Source of the DNA: Octopus sinensis
Taxonomy: Eukaryota
Length of the DNA: 64,000 nucleotides
Direction: 5' to 3'
Assembly: GCF_006345805.1 (NCBI RefSeq)
Contig: NC_042999.1
Location: forward strand, 85,808,001 to 85,872,000
The position numbers and the translations under genes were made by a program. Position 1 is the first letter of the stretch. Every line of letters begins with the position of its first letter. The notes below the pieces were generated by a model that saw only the letters and a program-made list of their open reading frames with translations, was not told the origin of the DNA and made no database searches. Below, one piece after another: positions 51,621 to 64,000 of the stretch.

Positions 51621-54600
51621 CTGTTTTATTTTTATTAGAGTATTTTGTTCTAAAAAGCCATGAGCCAAAACTCAAAAGTTGTGTGAACCACTGCTCCAGA
51701 TCTTATGTTTATATTAAAGCATCTGTACCAGCAACATGTGAGAGTACCCAACACACTCAGTAAAGTGGTTGGCACTAGGAAGGGCATCTAGCTGTAGAAA
51801 CCAAGCCAAATTGGACAGAAATCTTGGGCAGCTCTCCTGCCTGTTAGCTCAGGTCAAACTGTCTAACCCATGAAAAACATTAAAGGATGATGATTAATTA
51901 GCTAAGTATTGCAACTTAATTCTACACATAAACCCAGGAAGACATGGAATGAGATGGTGAAGAATGATCTTGAACTTTGAACCTCACAGAGGCGATGACT
52001 AGTGACTGAGACTTTTTGTGATGTGCTCTGCTTAAGAGGACCCATCAAGCTAATTGCACCTGTAAAAAAATAATCAACCTTTGAACGTTGGATCTCATGG
52101 AGATAAAGTGGATGAGCCCCTTTCGAGTGTTGGTCCTCACTGAGGCAATGACCGAGACCTTTGGCATTATGTCATGCTTGAGAAGACCCATCAAGCTGAG
52201 CAAAATCGCAGTTGTGGCAGATACTTGGGTCATGCAAATAGCACCTGTGCTGGTGGTACATAACAGCACCCATTACACTCTCGGAGTTGTTGATGTTAGG
52301 AAGGGCATCCAGCTATAGCACCATGCCAAATAAGATTGGAGTCTGGCACAGCATACCAGCCCAATTAAACTGTCCAACTCATACCAGCATGGACAATGGA
52401 CATTAAATAATGATGAAAATTGCATTTGATTCTACTTTTTCTTTCATAACTACATTTTCCTACAGTGACAAGGTATAAGCCAAAAGGAAAATTAATCTAA
52501 TGGAAATATTTTTAAAGTGTTGGTGCAATTGTTTAGGGATATAGACTGAATTGAAGCTTTATACAGGCTGTTGCTCACTGAAGCTTTAATTGTATTGTAA
52601 CAGTTTGCATAATTTGATGTTTTTAAATACATTTCTCAGTAATATTGATTTTAATACAAAACTTACTTTTGTGAATGCAAAAGCACGATATAGGTAAGAT
52701 TCATCTATTTCATTCAAATATCAAAGTCTAAATGTGTAAAGATGATCATGAAAGTATACTAAAAGATCAACATGAAATCTTCAGTCACTGTATTTTGTTT
52801 GGAAGCAAGTTTATTTAAGATAAATAGTTGATGAATAAATGAAAAATATAAAAGTAAAAAAAAAAAAATTCATTTCAGAAAACATACAACAGGAGTTAAC
52901 TCCTTGTTTATGATGATATCATTTTAATTTGTAACTGAACAAGACCTGGATAAATGAAGCAGTTAACATTAATCATATCCCATATGTTATCTCCCCTTAG
53001 CTATAATTACCGTAACATGTTTGGTAAAAGACCTATTCTGCATATGAATAGCGTTCGAATCTGATCAGTGAATGTTATGGATTCAAATTCACTAGAAATA
53101 AATAAATATAATATCTGGTTAAAAGGCGTCCCTTTTATTAATATCAACAAAGATTAAAAAAGAGTTTCAAAAAATCTATGGTTCCAGTAGATGTTCCCAA
53201 AGAATCAGTGCATGTATAGATTTGAAAGACATGATCTGGTAAACATTCCATTTAATGCCAGATGTGAAAATTTAAGTAGCAAAACATTTCTCATGGTGCT
53301 TGGAGGCCACAAGGAATGTATGTAAATGTCATACTTCAACTTACATTGCATTTGGCCCGATCAGAAACCCTAAAGTGGAATATCCAAATCTGTTGATTCA
53401 CCTTAATGTTTGGATGATTTGAAAAATGCATAATAAAAGTGAAAATTCTGATATATATATGGAAAATTAATAATGCAAAACTGTCACCATAGATACGAAA
53501 GGAAGCACCATACTTCCTCTTTCTATTTCTGAATATGTAGGGCACTTTCTTGTCCTTGTCTATAAACTTAGGCAGACTCTAACTTGGTGTATTGTCAGGT
53601 TGTTCATTTTACCCTTGTTGGCATTTTTTTTTTTTTACTTATACATCCAGAAACAGAGATTATATTCATTCTGTACAATGTATTGACTTGTCCTGAGTGA
53701 AAAAATACCTGACCAATATGACCAGTGTACTCGTGTCATTCACAATGCCTGTAGCTGCTATCCAAAACAGTGATGGGTTGAAAACGTGGTTTGTCTTGTT
53801 TAATTTTAAGTGCAGCAAAAACTATAATAATTAGTATGTATCATTTTAGCAATTTAGTTTTGAGTAGAAAATGATTTATAGAGCAATACAAAAGAAATCC
53901 GACTGATAGTTACTTATTGCCTATGTAAAGATTGATATAAAACAAGATCACATAATACATATACCATTCATAAATTCATTTGGATAATATACAACAAGAA
54001 CATAAGTGAACTGATGAAATAAAGGTTAATTTAAAAACAACAGCTTCAGTGTAAATCAGTGAAAGTGATGAAAAGAAGAGATGTGTAGGATGCTGTGATA
54101 CTGTTTTGAAAGTAGTGATATCAAACAAAGCCATTGATAGTAATTATCAAGCCACTATTGTGGCTTGAATGATTTATCACATATAATAAAAAGGATAAAA
54201 GTTATCCCACAATGGTTCTTGTAAAAGTCGAAGATTTATTTACAGGCAGCTATTAAATTCTAAACATTTTTTTCACACAGAAAAGCTGTATAACAACATG
54301 TGTAAATAAGATTTAATAACAACATACAAGTTGCTATTTAGTGAGGTTGCAAGGCTTGGATATCACCATGGTGTGGAACATTACTCCCATATCTGAGTTA
54401 CTGATGAGCCAAATCAAATTTGAAAAAAAAAAAATTTTTTTTTCAATATCTGGTTAACAGATAACAAGTAGCTTCCTCGGTCTTTTCTCTTGTTAGCAGT
54501 AAAAAAAAAAGTTGTCATTCTACATTTATCACTCCTCCAAGACATTGCATCAAACAAAATGCATTTCTCAGGAATTTATGACTTTGGAATGCCTTTCCTA

Positions 54601-55045
54601 TACTTCTACAAAATTAACATCAGCTAAGGGGTTTTCGTCTGGTGAGATACTTGTCTGATCCTTCTCTAGGAAGTAATAAATAAAACATCTTACATGTTTT
54701 ATTTATTTACATTACAGTTATGTTCCAACCTATATTTTAGAAGGTAGAAAAGGTCCGTTTGGCTAACACAATTGTTTAACACTTTCAAAACCAGCATTAC
54801 CAACAGTATTTAATATAATTAATCTTAAAATGCTACACTTTGTGATTTATAGCAAAAACTGCTGTTAATACTCTTCTTAAAATTTCAGTGAGAAATTATT
54901 TGTGGTTCTAAATCTATATAGGTGTATTTTAATTATTATCAAAACAGTTTAAAATGCTGGAGGTGACAAAGAAAGGGTTAAATGGAATTCATGCTCATTC
55001 GCATCTGACTGACACCAGCATGAAGTCCTTTACACTGTAAAGTCA

Positions 55046-55246
55046 TTACATATCATCTTGCATATAGCGTAAATACTTTTCATGATTTGCTTCATAGCTG
55101 TGAGATTGGTATTGGCCTTCACAGGTTTGTAGTTGCTTAAAAGATGTACCAGACAAGGTTTGAAGTACATAATCTCCAATGTCAAAGGAATATAATTCAT
55201 TCCAGGAGAGGCGACCATCATGGTTGCTGTCAATTATGTTGAGAAA
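55046..55246 (-). CDS. JmjC/EF-hand protein terminal exon: FLNIIDSNHDGRLSWNELYSFDIGDYVLQTLSGTSFKQLQTCEGQYQSHSYEANHEKYLRYMQDDM*
   Basis: Strong acceptor ttttcttttccttcAG; canonical 12-residue EF-hand loop D-x-N-x-D-G-x-L-x-x-x-E; TAA at 55048..55046. Confidence 0.85.
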   Translation of the reverse strand, partial: FLNIIDSNHDGRLSWNELYSFDIGDYVLQTLSGTSFKQLQTCEGQYQSHSYEANHEKYLRYMQDDM

Positions 55247-56380
55247 CTGAAGGAAAAGAAAATAACCAGTTTAATAAAAAATCTAACTAAAAACATTAAA
55301 AAAATATTTTGTAATTTGACTAGATGGTTTTTAAGATACTTTTACACAGTACAGGATATTCTTAATATTTTCAATGCAAACTATAAAATATACAAATTTT
55401 AACTCTGCCTCATGAATCTTGGACACCAAAATTCACCATAAGGATTTTTGTTTAGAAAATTGCAAATATTTTCTTGTTACATCATTATCCTCATTATCAT
55501 TTAACATCTATGTTTCATGCTGGCTTGGATTCGATCCAAGTGGGTCCAAGGACTGCATCATACTCCAGTGTCAGTTTTAGCATGGTCTCTATGGCTGGAT
55601 GTCCTTCCTAAAGCCAACCACTTTAAAACATGTACTGGGTGCATTTTTGTGCTACCAGTTCTAGTGAGGTTGTCATGCAGCTTGCAAGACTACAAACCCT
55701 GAGAGGTTTAATAATAATTTAATAACATATTTGATCAATCTCTTATGATAAAATAAGTGCTAGACAAAGTAATGGGGTCAGTATGTTTGACTAAAACCCT
55801 TGAAGGCTGTACCCCTGCGTCGCCACAGCATTAAAAAGCATTAAAAAGACTGAAAGCATTAAAAAGAAATTTTTAAATAATTAAAAAAAAATTTTAAGAA
55901 GAGGTTTACTTCATTAAGAAGTGATCCATACATACAAGCATGTCCACTCATTCCTCTCTGGGCTGAGAGAGCCTACTCTTGTGGGAATGTAGGTGCTGGT
56001 GCTATGTAAAAGCACTCATGCTGGTACCACATAAAAGCACCCATGCCAATTCCACATAAAAGCACCTGTGCCGGTACCATGTAAAAGCACCCATGCTGGT
56101 GCCATGGAAAAGCGCATGTGCTGGTGTCACATTAAAAGCTCTCAGTACACTCTGAAAAGTGGTTGGCATTAGGAAGGCGCATTCAGTCATAGAAACCATG
56201 TAAAGCAAACAATAGAGCCTGCTGCAGCTTTCTAGCTTGCCAGCTCCTTTCAAACCCAACCCATGCCAACATGGAAGACAGATATTAATTGACGATGATG
56301 AATGATTTATAAGCAGTCTTGGTGATGAGAGGTTTTTGTTTATTTTTAGATCACTTGAAATAAAATTCATTCTCTTTATG

Positions 56381-56941
56381 TTTTTGGTATACTTCTAACC
56401 AGGATATCATATCAACTACTTTACAGAGCTTTGCAGACAAAATTCATTCATTATTTTCATCACCATTTGAGTCAAATACACTACATGCACTCTGTAAAGT
56501 GGTTGGCATTAGGAAGGGGTATCCAGTCATAGGAACCATGCTAAAGCAAACAATGGAGTGTGGTGCAGCTCTCTGGTTTGCCAGCTCCTAGGTGCATTTC
56601 TAGTTACTTAATTTTCAAAGGAATCAAATTTTGATACTAAATTAGTTTGACTGATGTCCATTTATGTATTTACCATAGGAAGAAAAGTAATATGTAATTG
56701 TGATATGCAAACACACAGATATAAGAGAACAGAGAAGAGGCAAATCAATACAGCCATTGAATGAAAAGAATTTCTAATATACATTAAATAACACCGAAAG
56801 TATTGTGATGGAAGATCTGCAGAGATTGGGTTTTCATGTGAAATATTTGACACAAATGGTGATGAAAATAATGAATAAATTTTGTCTGAAAAGCTCTGTA
56901 AAGTAGTTGGTATGATATCCTGGTTAGAAGTATACCAAAAA
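56381..56941. repeat. Inverted repeat with ~98-bp arms (MITE-like)
   Basis: 56381..56478 is the reverse complement of 56844..56941 with few mismatches. Confidence 0.85.
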
Positions 56942-57044
56942 TGAAATTAGATTATAAAAATTTGCTTTGTTCAAATTTCCCAATATTACCATTACCAAAA
57001 TTTTAAATGGATTTGAGGAGCAAATATATAACATTTTTATATAC

Positions 57045-57141
57045 CTGAATCCGTGATTCTTCATCAAACTTAGAAATTTCTGAAAAGAATTCTTTATTGC
57101 TGACTGTTTCTTTATTAGCCCATTTAGAAAGCAATTTGGAC
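57045..57141 (-). CDS. JmjC/EF-hand protein exon: SKLLSKWANKETVSNKEFFSEISKFDEESRIQ
   Basis: Acceptor ttttccAG, donor CAG|GTATAT; 97 nt, phase 2 to 0, bridging the flanking exons in frame. Confidence 0.75.
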
Positions 57142-58011
57142 CTGGAAAATTTATTTAAAATATTTTGAAAAGTTAATAGAATACTCAAATTGAAAATAAA
57201 TTTTTACAATACCAACAACACTTCACAAGATGTAACCTCATCTAATCCCAGAGAACTGAACTCCTTTCCTTTAGTAGTTCATCAGGCTATAAAATGCTAA
57301 CCTTTCTTTACCCACTTTCTACATCTCCCTTCATCTATTCAACTTTGTTGTGGCATATGTACAACAATTACTTCTGGAAATTTCTCCTTTACCATAGTTT
57401 TTCTCTTAATAACAAGCATCGGTTTTAATTTACTACTATCAGCTATACAAGAAAAAGTTATAGAAAATTTGTTTTCCTCATGTTGGTATATTTTGCCAGT
57501 AATGACTTTTCTTGTATTAGGTTTCCAGTATGTGTCTCTGGCAAGTAAAGATTAAGAAATGTTTTGTCCATACTAGCATTTCATTAATTTGTAATCGGCA
57601 AATGGAAGAAAGTTACCCGATAACCAGTAATCTTTTTTTACCTGCTGATTACAAATTAAGAAAATACTAGTATGCAATCATCTGGATCAGAAGGCAGCCG
57701 TTATGCAACCTTCATTCTCTGTTGAAGTGCTACATCATTCCGTCTCATGAACCTTGTGCATCTTTTGGCACTTATCTTAAAATCCAAAATTCTGTCCTTG
57801 GATTTCTTATGTGCAAAGATTCAAATGGCATAAATTATACATTTGCTATCTCAACATTTTGATTTCCAAGTACCCATACATTAACTTTTTCTACCTGGTC
57901 AGCTCCTGTCAACTGTCCTACCCATGCATGGAAGATGGACGTTAAACAATGATGATGTTTTCTCACAAAAACATGAAGAACTTTAAAGTCAGAAATAATC
58001 AGCTGTATATA

Positions 58012-59282
58012 CAAGGGTTGAACAAAATAATGGAAACACCTAGCATCATAGCATCATAATTTTGAAATATCTATAAAATCGTCAAAAGCTTGTTTATTTT
58101 TATGTTTTTTGATTTATTATTAGTGTAACTTAATGTTTTGCTAAAATTACTGTTTCTTTTCAGACATCATTAGAAAAAGGTAATTAAAATTTTTTAAAAT
58201 GACAGATCTATTGGACTCTCAAAGAGGTCAAATTGTTGGTGCTTGTATAGCAGGAGCTACTGTAATGAAAACAGTTGAAATGTTTGCTGTATCAAGAAGT
58301 ACTGTCTCGAAAGTAATGACAGCCTTTGAGAAAGAGGGAAAAACTTCGTCATTGAAACAAAACTCAGGAAGAAAACCAAAACTTTCAGATAAAGACTTCG
58401 GTACTCTTATGCGAATTGTTAGAAAGGATCACAAAAGTACAGCTCCCAAAATTACTGCAGAGCTTAATGACCACCTCAAGAACCCAGTTTCCACAAAAGC
58501 TGTTCGCTGGGAGCTGCACAAAGCTGGATTTCACGGGAAGGCTGCAATCACTACTTTCAAAAACAAATGTTGCAAAGTGTTTACAATGGAGTAAAAACCT
58601 ACAGAATTGGTCCCTAAAGCAGTGGAAGGATGTTATTTTTTCAGACAAGTCATCCTTTACCTTATTTCAGACCACAAGCTGAGTATACATGTGGAGACAG
58701 CCAAAAGAAGAATTTGACCCAGACTGCTTTCTTCCAACTGTTAAACATGGAGGAGAATCTGTGACAATCTGGGGGGGGGGGTGTCTATATTTTAGAAATC
58801 TCCTGGCCCAATGGTTTCCCTTCATAGCAGAATTAATAGTCAAGACTATTTAAGCACTTTATCTTATCAAATTCATCCTATGGTTGCAGAACTGTTTCCA
58901 GAGAGAATCGCAATCTTTCAGAATGATAATGCACCAATTCACACTGCTAAAGTTTTTACTGAATGGCATGAGAAACATTCTAGTGAAGTTGAACATCTTA
59001 TCTGGCCACCACAGTCCCCAGATCTCAATATTACTGAACATTTATGGTGCATTTTAGAAAAACAAGTAAGGAGTCGATATCCTCCACCATCATCACTACA
59101 AGAACTGGAGACTGTTTTAGCTGAAGAATGAACAAAAATTCCTTTGGAAACAATTCAAACTTTGTATGAGTCCATACTTCATGGAATTCAAGCTGTAATT
59201 ACTGCCAAAGGCAGTCTTACCCCATATTAAAATAAATTTGTTTGAAATTTTAAGGTATTTCCATTATTTTGTCCAACCTCTG
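58012..59282 (+). mobile_element. Tc1/mariner (Tc1, DD34E-type) transposon, full length but inactivated
   Basis: 30-bp TIRs caagggttgaacaaaataatggaaacacct / aggtatttccattattttgtccaacctctg, TA TSD on both sides. Confidence 0.93.
58199..59230 (+). pseudogene. Tc1 transposase pseudogene
   Basis: HTH (RGQIVG..VSRSTVSKV..SGRKPKL), W..VIFSD, TVKHGG, FQNDNAPIH, WPPQSPDLN.TEHLW; split by frameshifts and stops. Confidence 0.9.
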
Positions 59283-61339
59283 TATATGTGCTACATGGAA
59301 ACTAATATCAGCTGTCCTACAAGTGATATTATGAACTGATTTTGACCCGATTTTTATATGATCTACTGAATTTCTGTAGCTTGTAAAAAAAAAGTGGACC
59401 GTAAAACTGTTAATTGTGATGTCATTACATTGAGAAGTACTGCCTTTTGACTCTTATCTGACAACACAGGTTATACTACTTTACAACTGTATGTACATGT
59501 ATGTAAGCTGTAGAAATATGGTAATTATAATGAATTATAGAGGTAAATGTATATGGTTCAGCTTATATAAGAAATGATAGAGTTTAGTAATAATCTAGAT
59601 TACAGTAACTGCAACACTTTTTCTATAATAAATTTGAGAATTGTTTTTACAGTTAGATACTCTTCCTATCTCTAATTCACTTAAGTATGATACAATTAGT
59701 TGTCAACCAGAGGCAGCTGGCCACTGTATTCCACAAAATAATTTAGTAGACTTTTATTCACAAATAACTTATAGGTAACAGTTTTGTTCCTGATGATAAG
59801 GTACAGAATTCAATACAGTAAATTGATATTTGCTCTTTTAGCAAAACTTTGGAGTTACATTAAATGGAATTAGAAATATATTGCTTTTATTTCATTTGTT
59901 GATGCACTTCAGAGGACCTACTAGTCAAGGTTAGAGGAGTGAATTAGAAAATGTTAAATTCAATAGTAATAAGTAAAGTTAGTACTCTTAATGTTATACT
60001 AATTTATTCATTATCTTGTTAAATAATGCAAAAGAAAAAGTTAGTATAATACAGGCAGTGAAACTGCATAATAAACTATATACCTTACAGTATTTAGTCT
60101 TGTATCTCAGCTTTCTGAGCTCAGATTCAATTCTGCTTTTATTTTTCTGGAAGCAATATAACAAACATCAGGAATATTATAGATTAGTTCACTCAACTGC
60201 ATGCTTTCTCTACAAAACTGTGACTTTGTGTCACAATTATTATCAAGGGTATTATTAGCATTCTGTTAATCAACTTCCTCACTAAGGGTTCTCTTTTGCC
60301 ATTTTTTTTGTAGCAAGAGAAGCAAATTTCAGTTTTCTCTTAGGTTATAGTCTTGATATTTAATGCTCATGATTGAGTTAATTTTTTTGTGCTGTATTGA
60401 TATGCAAATTAAGAGCCGATGATTAGATGTTTATATACACACACACACACACACATACACAAACACAGAAATATATATATATAAACATTATGAATTGTTT
60501 GTCCTAAAGATACAAATAAATTTGTAACTTAACCTCTAGTGCTTAGATTTCCTCTACACAGTTCACTAGAATTCTAGTTTCCCCGTGGCGGGTGACAAAC
60601 CCTAAAGAATTTAACCAAAGGTTTAAGGCATGGTTACCCTAAACCTGGTTTAGCTAGCCTACTAACGCTGTTGTTCAATAGAGGGCATGCTGCTACATGC
60701 AGATTATTCATGGAGCCGTAGGTGAGAGCTGAATGCCAAGTTGAAGCCAGTGGCAAATGAGTTGTCCTGAAAAGAAATTAGGAGGATCTCTACTGAAGGT
60801 AGTGTTCCTCCCTCATACTCATACTGAACTAAATATGTGTACATCACATACATTTTTGTTCAGTTAATTACTACACAGAATTAGGACCACATCTTGGCTA
60901 TTTTGATTTTTTGAATATTATGACTTAGAGATTTTGTTCACAGCATAGCTGTTGACAAAGATGATGTTTTTCATTTGTTTTTCTTTTTTTTAAATAGAAA
61001 GATGCTGCTGCTGGCTTGTTTTCATCAGTTTTGCCAAATCCAACTTATGGTATTAGAATATCAATTGAACATTTGAAGATTCACCAATTAGGTCAGATAA
61101 GGATTTAATTATCAATTAAATAAATTTCAAGTAAAGCTGAATCAATGCATCAGTAAAGTTATGTTTTCTCATCAATATTACATAAAGAACAACAGTTTCA
61201 CTTATCGTTTGTCAAAATGTAAGATAGTATTTCTCCAGATAAGCCATTTCTCTACAAAACAATAAAAGATACATTTTCTAAAATTAAAAATGGTATTGAA
61301 CTAAATTTCAGCAAGTAATTGTCTTGAAAATGTTCTTAC

Positions 61340-61504
61340 CTGACTTGTTCATTATTCGATTGTACTGCCAATTGTTCCAGAGTTAATGAACCACTTTTTA
61401 TCTCTATTGAGTCACAGTTGGATTTATTAAGCCACCATAAGTGACTGAACCAATAATTGATGCCCAAATTTCTAGCATTACTGGATCGGAACTGGTGATA
61501 CCAA
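61340..61504 (-). CDS. JmjC protein exon: WYHQFRSSNARNLGINYWFSHLWWLNKSNCDSIEIKSGSLTLEQLAVQSNNEQV(R)
   Basis: W.HQ..S with the distal Fe-binding His and N.W end of the JmjC fold; donor AG|GTAAG; 165 nt, phase 2 to 2. Confidence 0.88.
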
Positions 61505-61920
61505 CTTCAATCAATATTTCAGGTAAAAAAAATTTTTTAATAAAATCAGTGTTAAATTTTGAATTAAAAATATCCTGTTTTATAGATTATTTTCAGAGGT
61601 TGCACATTAGAAAAAAAGGTACTTAATCACTATGTTTAGACTCAGCTAAATACTCAAATAACATTTTAGAAATTCATTTGATGTTTCAGTGTCTTTCTTT
61701 ATGTAACCAATCTTGAATTTTGTCCAGTAAATGGCTAAGAGTAGAATATTTGTGAATAATTATCTCATATTTAAATTTCTCAGGAAATGCACTAGTACAT
61801 ACTTGACCAATATGGCATTTAAAATAGAAGTAAATATTTTTACAATCTTTAAGAAAAGAAATTATATTCCAGAGTTTAATTTAATAGTCAAATGTTGATA
61901 CAATATACATTTTGACTTAC

Positions 61921-62081
61921 CCATGAGGTATGTAAAGACAATCTCCTTTATCTAAAACTGCAGTAGACCAATTCACTTGTTGTAATTTAGGAAACCTTTT
62001 TAGATTTACTGCATCAACATCAACTTTACTAAAAGACCCTTCTTGCATAAAGCCATTTGCTTCAATCAACTGCTTCTGAGC
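61921..62081 (-). CDS. JmjC protein exon: AQKQLIEANGFMQEGSFSKVDVDAVNLKRFPKLQQVNWSTAVLDKGDCLYIPH(G)
   Basis: L.xGD.LYIP JmjC/cupin motif; acceptor tttttAG, donor GTAAG; 161 nt, phase 0 to 2. Confidence 0.9.
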
Positions 62082-64000
62082 CTAAAAATACAAATGTTTG
62101 GGTTCTACTTTGAACATGCAATTAAAAAGTTATAAGATCAAATCTTGTTGATTGTTTATGAAAAAGGTTTGAAATTACAATGTTTCTTGTTCCTTCCTGC
62201 TTCCCTGTTCCTTGCCATACTCTCCCAGATTCCCCTCTTACCATTCACTCATCTCTCAGCCTATGATCATCATCCATTTTCTCTTTCGTTTTCGTTACAG
62301 GAGTAACTTTAAGGCCTGAGCCTTCCAAGTCGTGAGAGCTGGTGTCATGTATAAAACAGCTGGCATTAGAAAGGACATCCAGCCATAGAAACTATACAAA
62401 AGACATTGGTGCATGATGCAGCCATCAGACTCAAAACGCCATGTCAAACGGTCCATCCCATGCTGGCGTGGAAGACAGGTGTTAAATGATGATATCGATG
62501 ATGCAAATTATTACATAAAAAGTTCACACATTCCACTTAGGTACTTATTTAATCAACCTGACTGAAAAGCCAATGTGATTGCACAGTTATTCTTGATCAT
62601 CATAAACAAATTAACCTAAATATTAATGAAAAAAAAAAAAAAAAAAAAAAAAAACAAGCTGCAAGCATAGCTATATGGTTACAGAGTTCACTTTATAGCC
62701 TTATGTGGTTTCAGGTTCCATCACATTGTGTGGTACCTTGGGCTAGTGTCTTATACTTTAACCCTGGCTTGACCAATGTTTTGTGAATGCAATTGGGTAG
62801 ACTGAGATTGTACAGAAGCCTATTATGTGTATGTGAGTGTTTATTTTCGTGTGTCTTCATGTTGACACCATATGAGCAATAGTGATATTACATTTGCATC
62901 TTGTGTAAACAATATGTCCTGTAATTTGGTAGTTTTGTTAGTTTTGACAGATGAAAACTACTGGATTAAAAATACCTTACTTGAAAAACAAATACAGATT
63001 GGCAAGAGGAAGGCATCTAGTCATTGAATACTCCCTCAATAAATCTCCTTGCATCTAACCCATGCCAGGATGGGGAAAAGAGAATGAATGATGAATGAGA
63101 AAAGAAAATATAGTACCACTTTAACATGTAGTCTACCTGGCCATTTACACTTTAGCATGCAGTCTACCCTAAACCCTTAATTCATATTAGGTAATTTCAC
63201 AGCATAGACTGTGGATACTGCAGTAGACTGGAGTAGCACTAAAAAATATGTTATAAAATGAATGGATTATGAAGAAAATGTAGAGTTTTCATTTTATGTG
63301 AAATTGTTAACATGAATTAAATTTGGTAAATAGTATTATCTGGATGCTTATTGAAGTTAGATTCATTTGATAATAGACATCAAAGGTAAATGATAAAAAA
63401 AAATTATTCAGGAAGAAACTAAATTAAAGCAGAGTATAATCATAAGTTTTGGTTTGTAGATCTCACAGCTTAACATGGCTAAGTAGTCAGTCAAAATGGG
63501 GATACATGTGCATAGAATAAAAGGTCATATACAAGTAGGTAGAAAAAGTATTCACCTCACCCCTCAAAAAAAAACACAAAGAATTTATGCACCACACACA
63601 TACACACAGAGTCATGACTATATCTTACATAGTGTAAACATTATCTGACTAGAACATAATGCATATTTGATATATGTATTATATCAGGAGTCAACAGTCT
63701 ACTTTGTGTTACATGCTTGGCTGTTCATAATATTCAAGAAGAGCCAAAGTTAAAACTGAGATTTTTTTATTAAAAAAAGTATGACTGTACAGGAATGTAA
63801 CTGTTTTCATTAAGTTCTTATAAAAAGATATATGTTAGTTGGAGAAGTGCTATGCACTGACAGTTTAAGGTGCCCACAACATAGAAAAACAGGAAGAAAT
63901 AGTGAGGTCATGTCTGAAGTTGGTAGACTTCTCACATGAAATTACAAAGGATAGCAATTTGTGTTAACATGCCAAATCTGATGAACTAATGCATGAGAGA

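Larger units (their letters stand above)
55046..62081 (-). other. Gene model: JmjC (cupin-like) plus EF-hand protein, 5'-partial; complement(join(55046..55246,57045..57141,61340..61504,61921..62081))
   Basis: Four phase-compatible minus-strand exons giving VD.DAVNL.RFP.L..V.W....L.KGDCLYIPHGWYHQFRS...RNLGINYWF, then EF-hand DSNHDGRLSWNE. Confidence 0.88.

Noticed and set aside
53336-53545. Minus-strand ORF ending at a GTAAG donor-like site
   Set aside because: No recognisable protein and it lies downstream of the JmjC stop; probably UTR or intergenic.
56022-56135. ~20-bp repeats (taaaagcacccatgc) as a CRISPR-like array
   Set aside because: Eukaryotic context, no unique spacers; a tandem expansion inside the RTE 3' UTR.
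60085-60270. Extra exon of the JmjC gene
   Set aside because: Not needed for frame, contains a stop in the best frame, and has no motif.

Overview
Eukaryotic, AT-rich, repeat-dense genomic DNA. The SINE/LINE families and long (TA)n/(CA)n tracts look like Octopus (coleoid cephalopod); this is an inference from repeat recognition. Nearly all supplied ORFs are spurious, so genes were rebuilt by hand from GT-AG sites and reading frame. Three genes are supported: (1) the 3' part (9 coding exons, 1..29360, +) of a divergent peroxisomal acyl-CoA oxidase 1-like gene ending in AQL*, whose catalytic exon carries a 189-bp tandem duplication of its splice acceptor; (2) a complete 300-aa TspO/MBR-like multi-pass membrane protein (+, CDS 45141..45249 + 48805..49598) ending in a KKxx motif; (3) the last 4 exons of a JmjC (cupin-like) + EF-hand protein (-, 62081..55046). 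Introns and intergenic DNA contain a 5'-truncated CR1-like LINE, RTE 3' ends, Gypsy pol relics, Helitrons with recognisable termini, a Penelope GIY-YIG relic, a decayed full-length Tc1, Mutator- and piggyBac-type MITEs, tRNA-SINEs and many fold-back repeats. The most striking signal is an apparently intact type I hammerhead ribozyme core with a palindromic stem III and a long AT-rich stem II at 24933..25036, on the sense strand of an ACOX intron. A second, decayed hammerhead-like motif lies at 14183.
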